Source of the DNA: Paramecium tetraurelia
Taxonomy: Eukaryota
DNA: 64,000 nucleotides
Assembly: GCA_000165425.1 (NCBI GenBank)
Contig: CT868025.1
Span: 186,001 to 250,000 of the forward strand
Reading direction: 5' to 3'
Of this stretch, positions 1 through 14,516 are shown in pieces (position 1 is the first letter of the stretch; each line of letters opens with the position of its first letter). A program made the position numbers and the translations under genes. The notes beneath the pieces were generated by a model. That model was not told where the DNA came from, made no database searches, and saw only the letters and a program-made list of their open reading frames with translations.

Positions 1-3000
1 TATTGCTTACCATGCTAAACTGTTTACCCTATCTAATAATATTGCATAGAAAATTTACAATTGAACATTCAAATGTATCAGTCATATCCAAATCATTATC
101 TCAGGTATAAGCAAACCTAAATTAAGTCTGCCACAAAGTTAGTCAATTGTTATTTCCTGTATTTCAATTGGTTTTTTTACTTACCTCAGATGCATTACAT
201 AGGTTGGAATTTTTTAAGTCAGAGTGACCTACTTCTAGTTGTGCTTTCAGTGATAATACTCTGCATTTCTACAGGATCGTTGCTGATTTCCAATATCTAC
301 TTCATCAATTTTGAATTCAATGAGTAGTCACTAAGAAAGCATTTTACCTACTATAATTGTTTCGCACAATTGTTGATTATCCCCATGGCTATTTTGAATC
401 AAAGTGCTGATTCATTGTACTAAATGGCTGGCAGAATATTTCACAGTATTATTCTATTTGTCTTGATTTATGAAGCCTATGTGGAACTACCATTTGGGTA
501 ATTGTAATTGAATAAACTTTAGATTCTCAAAATACTCAACCATCTACAATAGATTATTAATTATGCATATATTACTATTTATTTTCACATCTATTTTGTA
601 TTCAAACCCCGATCAAGCTTATAGTTCATTGGCTTTAATGTTAATCCTTCAACCAGTCTCCTAGTATCTCTTTTAAACATTAATACAACACAAAAGATTA
701 AAGACCTATCATAATACTTTAAATTAATATTACGAATTGTTAGTCATAGAAGATTTCTTTGACTTAATCTAGGCTGCCTAGAAGAGTAAGAAAAGAATTA
801 TCGAGTTTAATCTAGAAATTTAGTTTGCATTTGAATCGCTGTCAGTCACTCAAATGCTAATGCAAGAAGATAGGAGCTGGAGGAGTCTTGAAATGGGAAG
901 ATGCAGTCATTCTAACATCTTGTTTATTTAGAATTGGGTTTGAAAAGCACAGGAATGATTCCAAGAACCTCGAAATTTATAGTCTTAAATTCCTTACATT
1001 CATCAATAAATACAGAAATAATGCTCCAAAGAGTTATTAAGAGTTGAAGATCCTCTTTTAAAAGAAGCGAGAATATTCATTTTATTTCATTTAAATCTCC
1101 CTCTTATTATAGTTCATCTTACAGGCTCAGATGCAAAAGGACGAGGATTATAATATCAACAAGGATACTCGTGTATCTAATGTGAAACTATAAGTAAGCA
1201 AGAGTGAAAGAAGTATTGTATAAACATTATACTAAATGGAGTAAATTAAGTAGAATTTACTCCCCTTATTAATGCAGCTAAGTTAATTTAAGATTCAATT
1301 TTGGAAGCAATATTTGTCTGGTAAATTTTAGAATTTCTCTGAAATCGAAATTGAGGTTAAATAATTGCAACTTTTGAAAAACTAAATCTTAAATCAAATT
1401 AAAATTTATCAACCAATTTTTTATACGCATGGTCGCACATTTAATGTTCAATTCCTTAAATATAGCGCTTTGATTGATTTACTCTTGTTTAACAATGTTA
1501 GGAGATATTTTGAACTAGAAAGAGGTAATACATAATTTATATTGATAGAAAGAAGAGAAATTTTATAATTGGAAAAAAGCATGAATTCTTTTGAAACAAC
1601 CAATATTAACTTTTTTAAAGGGGAAGCCATATCTTTAAAAGTTTGCATTGCTTAAGGTCCAAATATTGGGAAAATTCTAAATGAAGTTATTTCACCTTTG
1701 ATCCCAAGGTTTTTTGGGTTCCATCACTTTGATAATCCATTAGAAGCTTTCCTCGATTTCACTAAAGGAAATATTAACACTCTAATGCCGTCTTGGTTAG
1801 AACCTGTTCATGATGAGATTATGTAAAATTACATTAGAAGAGGAGGCACTGCTAGGATAGGCAAGTACTTTTAAACTTTTGCAAAAATATATGATAAAAC
1901 ATTGATAAGATGTTAAGTCTATCTAGCCCATAATTTTAGTTAAAACTTAAGTGATGATTTTACTATGATTGGTTGTTTGAAATCCTTGGAAGTAGAATAA
2001 CCCAAAATCAAACCTGGGAAAGAGCCAAAGAAAATAAAAGATCTTGCTTTTAAAGGGGCTTAACATATTTTATTTGATGTTAATGGAAACATTTTAGGAA
2101 TAACTTAAGGATTATTTAAAATGATCGATCGTCTATAAAGGACTAAAAGTGCACCACACTTTGAATCTATGAAACATAACAGTCATGAGAAAAGTAAATC
2201 TGAGAACTCTTCATTTGAGAGTGAGAGCTTTGATGTTTACCAATAATAATGGTCAAACTAACTGTTAAAAATAGATGAATTTTATTAAAAAGCGCTAATT
2301 TGGATGTTTTTACCATTCTTATCGAGGGAGGTAGAATCCACTGGAATTGAGTACTTGATGGATGGAGAAACTCCCCCTAAGAATAGATATCCAAATTTAG
2401 TAGATCTGGAAACTAGTAATAGCATTGTAAGCAATAAAGAAACTTATTTATTTATTCCTGAGGATATTAATTTGTTTGTATCTTAGTATGAAAAAGTGTT
2501 ACAAAAAATAATGGATGATGTACGTGTTCAATCAAATAATTTCTCTTCAGGGAGTCAATACAAAGGTATGAAAAGTGACTACTAAGAAAGCGAAAGTTTT
2601 AGTGCTCAACAAAGTGTTACAATATACAATGAAAAATTATGTAGCTTTTTCTTTGATTAACATTTGAAAAGTCATCAAGCCTTGTAATTTGGTACTACTA
2701 GATAATCAGAGATGCAAAAGACTTCAGTAAAACCATCTTCATAGTCATAAGTGTCATTATAAAGTGAAGATAATAGTGAATAACTTAAAACCAGAGCTGA
2801 AAAGGTCTATTAGGATAAGTACACTAAATACATTGAAAAAATATCACTGTAAGATTTCAATCCAGTTCCTGTTTTTTATTCAGTCAATTATGAAGAATAT
2901 AAGTATAAAAAGAATGACATCGAACAAAAATAACAATTTTTTGTAGTTGAACTCGTTATTAATGAATAATAATTATTAAATACTATGGGTTATAAAAGAT

Positions 3001-5339
3001 AGGTAAGGGAAACCATTAAATAAGCTTGTTTAAATTTTTAATCTAAAAGACTCTTGATTGAATAATAAATATAAACAGAAGATTCTAATAGTCTTCAAGG
3101 TAATATCAGTGAATAAAGAAGTGACCATGATGGAGAAATCGTTAATTACATGTTCCCCACTCATCCATCTCATTATTATGAAGATCTATATTTTCACTCT
3201 CCTAACAAGGATTAAGTTCCTAATTAATTTAATTAGAACGATAATAAATATTTATTCAGTAGTCGGAGTGATGAAAATGAACATTAGAATAAACAAAGTG
3301 TAAATACATAGGAATCCATTATGAAAGGATCTTTGCATTTAAAATTCCCAGAAAGAAATTTGGCTTTGAAAACCATGAACAAATTTATGGAAAAAAGAAA
3401 ATAACAAGATTTCTTTAATGAGACTGATTCTAAATTAGCCATCGATAGTAGAGCTTCTTAATAATAAATTCAGGAAGAATATTAGGTCAAATATTCTGAA
3501 AATCTTAAAATATTCGATTAGAATTATAAATCAATACATTCTAAATTGTAAGAATTCAATAATCCTACCTCGTTTAGAATCTAAAAATATCTACTATATT
3601 TTGTGCTTTTTTTGATAATCGGATACATCATCCTATTAACGATAGCAGTATTTCAATAATACAATTTTAATGATTGTTTTGATCTTATTGAATTAATGTT
3701 ATCTACCCAGTAAAGCTATTCATAAATTACTCATGGTCTCTATCATTTAGAATTAGCAGATTAATTTAATCACTTTGATAAAAATTTGAAGGAATTTTAT
3801 TCTTCTCAAATTGATAGTAATCTTTAAAACTTAATTAATTTATAAAGTGAACAATTAATAGATATCAATTAAGTTAATTTTAGTGTGAATTAATTTTATA
3901 ACATTGAATACTTAGCGATTCTTAATCCAACACTATAGGAGACCATTTAGATGAGCTTAGCTTAATTTTATAAAATAAAAAACCACACATCGAATAATTC
4001 ATAAGTTACACTCATTTCAACCGCTAATTTAAAGGAAATTGGATAATTACCTAAATTGGCATATGATAATTGTTATGATGAAAAAGTTTAGAATGAAGAA
4101 CAAGTCCAATCTTTATTAACAATTTATATGTTAATTATTTTTTTTTTGGTGATGTTGCTGTAGTTTTTGTAAGTACCTTTGATATAGAAACTTAAGAATG
4201 ATCATAGAAGATTATACAAAATTGTGATTAGATTGTAGGTGTATGAAGTATAGGATGAAATTGAGACTTACGAGCATATACTTTCAATCTTTAAAAGGTC
4301 ATTATATGAATGGATGTTAATTGATTTTGTATAAGAAACTCGAATGTTCGAAAACAGTATTGATAATATTTAAATGTAAACTCAATAATTAACTGAATAA
4401 AGTTAAAATCTCTTGCTTAATACTAGTAATAAAAAAAATAAGTATAAATTATTAGAGAAATTGAAGAAACGACACATAAATTAGTTTAAGTATATCATAA
4501 TATTAATGATTGGATTAATAGTAATACTTGCTTATTTTTTAATCATCTTCTTTGTAATTTTTATACTATCCCAACAATTATTTGCTAATGCAAACTTTCT
4601 ATTTAAATTTAAATTAATCCAATCCTCTTTTATCAATATCATCAACAATATTGATTTAGTATGCTATAATACATATGATCAATACCGTTTCATAAATTTA
4701 ATGGGTTAAGAGGAGTTTAATAATTATTCATCCTCATTAAAAAGTGATTAATAAGATCAGTACATAGAATTCAACAATAATTTCGCTTCCATTGTGAGTG
4801 ATGAATATTTAAAATACAATTTGCAATAAATAAATGAGAATAATATATGCCTAGATTAGATTGGAATTGCTTGTAATGAAACTTCAGCCTATCTATTCAA
4901 TCCCAATATATTCTCATCTTATTAACATGGAATGAAGTACTTAATCACTTAAATTGATAAACTAATTCAATCCTAACCGCATTTCTTCTACGATAATAAA
5001 AATAACAATACTTTTCAATAAGTACAGGACTTCCTATCAAGTAATGATCACATAATATACATTGATTATGGAAGTGAGGTCTTAACTAAAGCATATGCAT
5101 AATTAGTAGACACTGCACATTAAGAATTTGATTAAGCACTAAAAATTTACAAGCAAACCCTAATGATATTTATATTAAGTGTAGGAATGCTTGGTTTGTT
5201 GATCATTTTAATGTTGGGTAAATTGCTGTTGAATATGCAATAGGATTCCATTCGTACATGCCAATCGTCACTTCTTCTCATTTCTCCTAAAAGATATTTG
5301 AATCAAAATATAGCATAATTAACATAGAAAAAAAGATGA
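1..5339 (+). CDS. Large multi-pass membrane protein with central PAS-like domain (ciliate-expanded family), 5' partial
   Basis: Long code-6 frame with short introns (e.g. ~498-522). N-terminal hydrophobic helices; PAS-like segment ~1640-1990 (IPRFFGF...NINTLMPSWLEPVHDEIMQNYIRRG); further TM helices ~3590-3660, 4120-4170, 4490-4570, 5160-5230; TGA 5337-5339. Confidence 0.75.
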
Positions 5340-5492
5340 GTGTTTTATTATCTTTTTTAACCAATTAAAATAATTATATTCTTATAACAGCTTTGTTTTC
5401 TAAAAAATCCCTTTGAGCAATCTTTGGTTAAGCATATTATGTTCAAAATTAACATTATTCTAGTTTATATTATTATAAAATTATTTTAATTA

Positions 5493-6613
5493 ATGAACCC
5501 AACTTTCAAATAATCTCAGCAATTAGAAAATCACAGTAATATTATGGGGAGCAGTGCTGGGTTTAACAGGAGGATCAAGTTGTCCTCTTAAAGGCCTGGG
5601 AGTAGAGACTAAAAACTAAAAACAGGAGAAATGTATTTGAAAATATATTTAACTTAATAGATTTCCATAATTTTAAGATCCTTTAGCTACAAATCCATAT
5701 AATTTGTTAAGTCTTAATCTCTATTAAGATGAAAATACATTTATTACAACTATGAAAGCAGAAATTTTATAAATACAAGAAGAAATCAATAAATTGGACA
5801 TTGATGGACGTGTACTAATAAACAATTCATCTTTAGATTCGAAATAACGACCCAAGACAAGAGTATAGATTACAACAATTTAAAAAATGGGTTGCTCAAA
5901 ATTCTACGTCTAAATTCACGTTTGACAAATTAAATAATATTGAAATCTCATAACTCCTCATTGTATTAGATGTTAGATCTTTAGAGTAATAAATATAATG
6001 GTATTTGAAGGGATGCTGTTGTCAAGCTCTATAAATTCTTATCCATTTTGGATAGTGTAATAATGAAAATTACAGAATATGAGGCCGTTCATTTGATCAA
6101 ATTTGATGAATTATTTAGTTAATTGTGTCCTAATTATTAGGAAAATGTGCAATAAATGTCTGTCTTAAAATTTCCTGTTTCTATTGCTAATTTAAATCGC
6201 ATGACTGAACTATATTAAGTTAAATTCGACAGGAACTAACCATAAAAGATAACTAATGATAATAGTAATAATTAAATGCTTCTCAAATAAAATAAGCAGA
6301 AAGATGACTAAATCCTCGAGTTAAATAAAACTATCAGATAATTATAATTATAAGCAAGTGTGAAGGGGAATAACAATAATAAAAATAATTAAGATTCTAC
6401 AGAACAACTTGATTAAATTAAAAATGCNNNNNNNNNNNNNNNNNNNNNNNNNNNNNNNNNNNNNNNNNNNNNNNNNNNNNNNNNNNNNNNNNNNNNNNNN
6501 NNNNNNNNNNNNNNNNNNNNNNNNNNNNNNNNNNNNNNNNNNNNNNNNNNNNNNNNNNNNNNNNNNNNNNNNNNNNNATATTAAGTCTTAGTATGAAGAT
6601 AAATTATACACCT

Positions 6614-6651
<38 letters not shown>

Positions 6652-7206
6652 CTTTTATAATCATCATAAATTTAGCCATAAGCATAAATTGCTGCATCAC
6701 CTTAATTGAATAATGTTGCAAAAGATCATAATTATTATCAAAAAATCTTAGATAAAGCATAATAAGAATATAAAGAAAGATATAAAACTTTAGAAAATGT
6801 AATCTTATGTATACAATTTAGGATCTAATTAAATTAAGAAATGAATTGTTAGAAAAGTAAACAATAATCGAAGGTTTATAAAGAGAAATTTAATAATGGA
6901 AAGAAACAAACGATAGATTAAATCAAGTTAAAGTATTAGAATATATTTAATTAGGATGAAATCTATCAATAATTTTAAAAGCGATACACAACTGAAGAAT
7001 AATTTTCTAATTCTTATGAAGCAGCCTTAAAATTAGAATTTGACACCATGAAAAAGGCTTTTGAATAAAAGATACAAAAATATTAATAAGATTTAGAATC
7101 CTAAAGGAGAGAATCAGGAAAATAGTTAAATGAAATACGAATTTAATTGGAAAGAGAAAAAGAAACTAAAAAATTATTATTGAATAAACTTAATTTATAT
7201 AGTTGA
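5493..7206 (+). CDS. Hypothetical coiled-coil, Gln-rich protein spanning an assembly gap
   Basis: ATG 5493, short introns, Q/E/K-rich C-terminus (LEFDTMKKAFEQKIQ...LEREKETKKLLL), TGA 7204-7206. Continuity across the N gap is assumed. Confidence 0.6.
6428..6577. other. Assembly gap (150 N)
   Basis: Run of N bases. Confidence 1.
6616..6648 (+). repeat. (TAA)11 tract encoding poly-Gln in code 6
   Basis: Eleven consecutive in-frame TAA within the CDS (KLYTL-Q11-YLLQ). Confidence 0.85.
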
Positions 7207-7299
7207 AATTGATATTTATATATAAAATTTTTGACTCCTAAAAACTATTAACTAATTCTTAATTTTAATTTAGGTAGGAATATTAGGAATTCATTAAGA

Positions 7300-8122
7300 A
7301 TTATTATTCCACTAATTTTTTATATTCAAATCCGTTATCTTCGATCTTTAATAAGAATCCAAATAAACTTTTAACGCTTGGCTTTATATTTTATAATCAA
7401 GGAATTTTTAGAGTGTACAATAGGGTCTTCTCATTTTCATCACTCTTCTTGTACTCTAATGGATTGCTTAAATCTTTAAAGAGGTGCGTGATCTGTTTCA
7501 TGTAAGACTCTATCATATTTTTTTAAGTGTTTAAATATCTGAAATATATTTTATATATATTGGATCTTTTTATAATTCTTCTATTTTCTGTATATTTAAA
7601 GAGATGTTATTCTTTAATTACTATTGATAATAATTATTCCATTATTAAAATAAATCATGATATTTAAGTTAAGTATTTTTTATCTTTCCTAGAAATAAAC
7701 TAGGCATCTCCCTCCTTTTTTTGAACAGTGATGGTGGAGAACATTATACTTGGGTTAGAATTTGTGTTCGAACTTTATGTAGTTTCCTTGCATAAATTAC
7801 ATGGTTTAGTTGACTTTATTGTTTTATAAGAATTCACTGAAATATAGTCTGATATTGAGTTCTCCACTAACATGTATAAGGAAACTTACTTTCGATAAAT
7901 TAAATCAGGAATTGCTATAATTAATCAATATCTTTGGATTTCTCGAATTATGTAATAGCATTCATAAATCTGCCATTTTCTTTTGATACCAAATTGTCTT
8001 ATAGTTATCAAATAATACGTACCTTTAAGTAGACCCTTTTAATCAAGAGATATGGTATTGTTCTGATAGAGAGTATAGATTAAGAACAAAATTCTTGCCT
8101 CTATGGATTCAAATTGATTCAT
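7300..8122 (-). CDS. Hypothetical protein (3' end approximate)
   Basis: ATG at 8122: MNQFESIEARILFLIYTLYQNNTISLDQKGLLK, then a GT-AG intron. Stop position not resolved. Confidence 0.55.
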
Positions 8123-8395
8123 ATAAATTATAAATTATTTACAAATTAACCCCAATCTAATAATTCTAGCTTATGAAAGAATAGACTAATTAGATACTTA
8201 AAAGATACAGGGTGTAAACATTAATCTTTGTTGGAAAGCAATTTTATATTCTACAATGTTTATGATTTTATTGCAATACCCTATATTATGGATCTTTCTC
8301 AAATCAAGAAATTAAGCTAATTTCAACAAATAATAACATGAATTTTATGGCCAAAAATAAAATATTCTAATTCCAATAACAAAATTGATAATATT

Positions 8396-10608
8396 TCAAT
8401 TCAATTAAAGACATTAATATGGATTTTTAATTCCCTATTAAACTTTTTCTATCATCTGTTCTCTAAATTAATTCAAAGCCACTCTTACATCTTTGCACTT
8501 TTTTATAGCAATTTCTATTAATTAATATGATTAATATACATTCAAGAAGTGGCTGAAGATCTTTCAATGCTCTATCTTTAACATCTCCAAACCAACTTTA
8601 AATATAAATTCCATTCTCTGGTTGTAATTAAAAGTTTTCAGGCATATTGTCAACAATAATAACTTTGGATAGATTTTTATTTAAAATTGAAAGATCCTTA
8701 ATAATATAAATCTAATTCAATACTTTGATGTAAACTTCATCTTTAAAAACAGTTTAATCTCTATACAGTCTTTATTGAACAACTTCATTTTTGTCTATTA
8801 TGTCTATTATAAAATTAGCATAATCTGGCAAAGCTGCAGTGAAAATTACAATGTCATAATATTTTGATAAAGCTTCTAAGAATTCTTCAGCGAAAGGTCT
8901 AACTAAAAATTATCCACCTCCTTTCGGAAACTAATTATTCTATAATTTAATTACTTCTTGATAATGCACCAATGTTTCATCCAAATCTAGAACCAAAGTA
9001 TACTCTTTTTGATTTCCATTTCCCACCTTTCCCATTTTTTGAGGAATCAATTTTTCTATTAAACTACATAGTTTTCTCTATTGGGCAAGAAATTAATCTA
9101 AAGTATTTGCTATGTTTGAAATATTCAATTGAATTTCGGGACGAACTATTTCGTCAATCCTTTTAAACTATCATATTGATTAAAAAAATTACATTAATCC
9201 TAAAATGGACTTGATAATAAAGTTATTTTTCTGTAATCCTTGGCTTCCTTTAGTGCTTTATTTTCTAGAATTCTAACATCTAAGTTCAATTCTTTGCTTT
9301 ATAGAATTTTAAACTTAATGATTAAGTGTGGTTCCCTGCAATACTTAGAAAACATAAAGATTGCTATTCAAAATATATTGGATAAGGTTTTTGACATTAT
9401 GGTCTTCATTTCTATCCTGATCTTAAGATTCACTTATTAATATAAAATTAGCCTAGGATTCATACAATAAGGTCTCAAGTATCTTTGGCTCAATTTTAAA
9501 TAAATATTCACTCTACAAATAATAAAAGATATTTACGTTTTATCTCTCGTTAATCTAAGTTATTAAATTTAATAGTTAGTCACTTTTTTAAATCAAATTG
9601 GAGTAGGTTGAACTTTCAATCAGATGGAAAATGTCATTCCATAATTGTTCTTTTTCAAGGAGTAACTTAATTATGCTTTATTGAAATGTTTAATCATTGC
9701 ACTAAGAATAATTGTTTGAACTATCTCCTTTTAATTTTGGAGAATTGAGAGGTGAAATGTTGATAACCTTTTCCATATTCTTCTTGCTTGAAGATTATTT
9801 AGATTAAATTGTGTTATCTAATTTTTATTTTAGACTGTTGAAAGATTCTAAATATGATTTATTAATCATTTGTGGGTATGTTTTTTTCGAACTGCTGTTT
9901 TGATTTTTTGTATTCAAATTTTAAGGTGCGTTTTTCTGATTACTATTTAGGAGCATATTAATTGTATTGATATTCTCATTGTTAATTGTATTTTGACGTA
10001 TAGGGGTGGAATGCTTTTAGTTATTCTATTTAGTTAGTTGATTAAGGGTATTTTAACAACTTTTTAAATTTCCTTTTGAATTTGAAGAGGAAGAAGACTA
10101 ATCATTTTTCTTGTTATATTGATAATAGAGATTTTGGAAGTATCGATGATCCAACTCTCTATTCTATTCTGGAGCAATAAATGTTGATTTCAGAAAGGTT
10201 TCATTGTTTTTAGGGGTATTTTATTTGACCAAATAACTAGTTCGACTTGAAACTAAATATATTGGATATTAAATACATTAGCCATCCCCTTTGTTATCAC
10301 AAATCTAATTTTCTTTTTTTTTAAGTACATTTTATCCAAACAACTATGTTGTAGCTTTGTTAACTTCATCCTAAACCAAATTGTTTAAAAACTATTTAAC
10401 TTTTTGTGGATTGGAATAGTCAAGTCTAGCTGTTTAAGGCCTGTTACTAGGGTTCTTGGGAGTAAAATCTATTTTGATAATTAAAATTCTTACTTCTATT
10501 ATCAGGTTGATTTTCTTTAAACGATCCACGGGATTTATTGGAGCATGATGACACATCAAGTATATTTAAATAGTCTGACGCTTTTGAGTTGAGTTTGCTA
10601 CAAAACAT
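8396..10608 (-). CDS. NIF/FCP1-SCP family HAD-type CTD phosphatase-like protein with long low-complexity N-terminus
   Basis: EYTLVLDLDETLVHY catalytic motif (~8965-9005), FLVRPFAEEFL, VIFTAALPDYA, IIVDNMPENF, PENGIYIQSW; TGA 8396-8398. Confidence 0.9.
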
Positions 10609-10905
10609 ATTTGAAATTGTTAACAGATTTAATTAATTTCTCAAATAATCCAATTTCAATGAATTTATTACTTATATAAAGAAAGCCCTTATAATATATG
10701 ATTTTCTTTCCTTCCCATAACCAATCTAGAACAATTCACACTTATAGATCAGTCTAAAAATTTAAGAAATTGATTAATTCAAATTTGGTTTGCGTTTATT
10801 TTTGAATCGAAAACTTCTTTAAATGATTCCATTATTTTAATAAGAATTTATTATTTGTTAGCAATATAATTGTATAAAGTAAGTATTAATTACAAAAAAA
10901 TTTAG

Positions 10906-11427
10906 TCAGGTATCCAATGAAAATTCTTCTATTTCAGTAAGATCGATAATGTGGGTTCCATAGTGTTTTTACTTCGTCAGAAATTAAGAGCACTCGTCAG
11001 AATTAATGAGTTTATAATTACTAAACAAAATCAACTATCTATTTACCTGCTCAGTTCCTGTAGAAACTATTGAATTCCGATGGCTCTTTTTTTCAATGTA
11101 TCTGGACATAAGTTCCCGAATATGTGTTTGGATGGAAAGGTCAATTAGATGCCAAAAAGTTTCTTAAGTTTTTGATAGAATTGCCACAGTGTACTATAGC
11201 GTATTTCCATAATCCATATTTTTCCTTATTCATTCACTTCAATCTAGAATATTGATAATATGAAAAAATACTTGATATTCAGCAAAGGTTTTATGTATTT
11301 TTACTGTTTGCATCTTAAATTTAACATATTGAATGGATCTCTTCCTCTACTTATTGAGAAATGATAAAATAGGTAGACTGTTAATGTTTAAATTTTATTC
11401 CTTATTAAGTGAAATATCTGATATCAT
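10906..11427 (-). CDS. Small PX (Phox homology) domain protein
   Basis: After removing two short introns: WIMEIRYSTLWQFYQKLKK...FPSKHIFGNLCPDTLKKRAIGIQQFLQEL...SDECSQFL, fitting the PX RY / PxK / R..L..YL pattern. Confidence 0.75.
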
Positions 11428-12379
11428 TAAGCATATAATACTCTTTAATTAGATGAAAAATAAATATTTAAATAGAAAATAAATAATAAATCATTTAGTG
11501 TTAAAGAATTATTTATTTCCACAATTTACATTTTGATTCTATAAAAATAATCTTATTTTGTGTTCATAAAAAGCCTTATTCAAAGTCCTAAATAGAGCTC
11601 AAAATTTTAATATTAAACATCTAGAAGTATAATTTTACAAAAAATACAATAGCACAATATTAGTTTGGCAGATTTATATTTATTCTAAATTATTGAATAA
11701 TTTCATAATTTAGAATAGTTTATACAAATGCTTTTAAAATATAACTAAAATAATGCAAGGGACAATGAAGGAATAGCAATCACACTATGGAGCACCTACT
11801 CGTATTGAGATAGTTGTGTTCTGAAATTGAATTCCACCCAATTATTGATGCTAATTTAGGGTGTTACTTTGGATAACTAGATTAAAATAATAATGTAGAA
11901 CTGATCTAGGAAATAGAGTAATAACTACTATTTTGTTATTCGAATTTTTGATTTGTTTTTTCGGATGTGACAATTTTGAGAAATTCTAGGGGTTAACTCT
12001 TTTGATTGGAAAAATGAAATAATTAGAGTGAGAGTGATTAGCAGGGGCAGTTTCTTGAGGTAATGCTTAAAGCATGCTCAAATATTTGTAAACTAATTAT
12101 AGAACTATTAACCATTAAAATTATTTTATTTTATTATAAGTCATTTATATAAAAGTAGATGAAGTAATATTGAATATGTAGTCTGCAAGTAATTGGGATT
12201 ATATTTATTAATAATTTCAGAATGCTGGAGATTGACACGATATCTTGCACTGTATGTGTGAAAAAGGATAGGTAAAACGTGTATATTTAAAATAGATCAG
12301 GTCAAAGGGAGAAATATGATTGATTAAGTTTTATAAATTTTTAAGTAATTTAATTAAGTTATTATCTTAGTCTTCGAAT

Positions 12380-13000
12380 ATGGGAGGAGCATGCTCTGGA
12401 AAAAAACCATAGCCAAAATAGAAATAGCAATAATAGGAATTGAATATAGTTGAATAACCATATTTGCAAGTGCAATCGATGAGTTAACCATAATCCAGGC
12501 CGCCAGAACAAAGGAGTGAAACTGGGTAATCTGTTAAGGAATTGCTTTATTAATATAAAAAATTTACAGATTTCTTAGGATTAGTGGGTAATTTGGATCA
12601 TTTGCCAGCCCACACCAGGGAATAATTGAATAATTGTATTATTTAGAGATCCAATATAAATATACTTATATAGAATAGTATTAAAAGAATAATGAGGGAG
12701 TAGAAGATAATAAAGAGAGTGGAAGAAAGTGATTATTATTTAATTCATAATGACGAGAAATTTGCCATAACATTTGTGTAATTAATGTAAAGAATATCAA
12801 ATATAATATTGACTGAACTCCAATCGGATTCAAATTTTTAGGAAGCTTTTCCGATGTTGATTGTTTCATTTGTTGATTTGGCAACATAGATTACTAAGGA
12901 GATAGAGAATTTTTTAAATTTCAAAACTCATCTGATCAAAAAATAGAATACCAAAAATCAAATTTCTTAAGATAATTATTAAGCATCAACTAATAAATGA
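12380..13000 (+). CDS. Hypothetical 206-aa protein with predicted N-myristoylation/palmitoylation (MGGACS)
   Basis: Intronless code-6 ORF from ATG 12380 to TGA 12998-13000; N-terminus MGGACSGKKPQPK. Confidence 0.7.
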
Positions 13001-13283
13001 TTTCTTTGTAGTAGTGATTATATCTATAAATTTAATATTTAGAGATTAATGCAATTTATTGATCTCAACCTGGTGTATCTTCACATTTAAATTATATATA
13101 TAAAAATATGAAAATTAATAATTTATAATTAAACAATAAATAATATTATAGAAACTTATTGATATTTATCTTATTTGTATTTTCAATGAAGATATCTTTT
13201 TGGGTGCCTTAATTAATTCAAGACAGAAAACTTCTTATTTGTATATACATTATAAGAAAATACAAATATAATTTATTAATAAA

Positions 13284-14516
13284 ATGGACGAAACTCCGAC
13301 AAGTGTAAATTCATTCACAACAACAGACAAAGAGTTAGAAAATAACTTGAAGGATTTGCTTGAGAGAATATTAATCTATGCCGAGAAACACATTGAAACC
13401 AAAGAGGAGCTCAATTAAATTGAAAGTGAATTGAAAGACTACGAAAGTTTGTCCTACTTGGTTGGTATAATAAAAGTAATATTTACTAAACTAATGCTCA
13501 AAATAGAAAAGAAACTGTTGTAAGTAATAAATTATTATTCAAAATCCAAAGGAAATTGGATAAATGCAACGATTAGAATAAGTCTTAATTCTATAAGGAT
13601 GATGAAGAATATGACAAGTTAGAATAAAATCTCATTAAATATGAATAAGAAATTCGCAATCATATCAGTGTAACCATTCTATGATAAGTTTTAGGTTGAA
13701 TAACAATTAAAATTATTTGCTGAATCAATCTAAAACAAATTGGATGAGAGCGAATCAATCAGATAAGAATTATTGGAAACAACTAAAAATAATATAAGCG
13801 TAAATACATTTAATCTGATTATGATAGAAATTGAAAAGAGAAAATTACGAGTTGAATGAAAAAGAGAAATAGTTACAATAGGAAGTCAATAATTTAAAGT
13901 CAACTATTTAAAATTTGGAAAAAGAAAACAAAAGAAAATCAATTGACTCTAATTAAAGAGACTATTTATAGACTCTTATCAATAAATAAGCTAATTAATA
14001 ATAAAATCTAACAAAAAATGGACTTAGTCAGGAATCAAGGCATTTAAACTCTCATTCTGAACATTAATCAAATCCAAGGTAATTTCTAAAAGAATAGTAA
14101 GATCTAATAATACCTACATAATCATCTCAAAAATTAAATTATTATAATTTTATCAATAATGCAAATACCAAATAAAAATCAGAAGTGATTAGATCCATGC
14201 AACAAAAGGACTTTAACAATATCTATAACTAAATTATGAGAAGTAAACATAATTCACTATCATCTATAAATGAACTGATTAATAATGTGACACAATAGGA
14301 TAAAAAGCGCACCGATTAATTATAATCAATCTCGAAGAATAGTTCCTAGAATAATAGTATGATTCAGAAGAATAGAGGTATAAATAACTATTTAAAATAT
14401 CGATAGATTATAAATAAATTGAACCACTAGAACTTTAATAAAGGAGTAAAAGTTCTAAACGAGCAGACGACATCATCAAATATTAAACCTTAGAATCTTT
14501 GATAAAATTAAAGTGA
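13284..14516 (+). CDS. Hypothetical coiled-coil protein
   Basis: MDETPTSVNSF...; YDKLEQNLIKYEQEIRNHISVEQQLKLFAES heptads; several ~25-nt introns; TGA 14514-14516. Confidence 0.7.
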
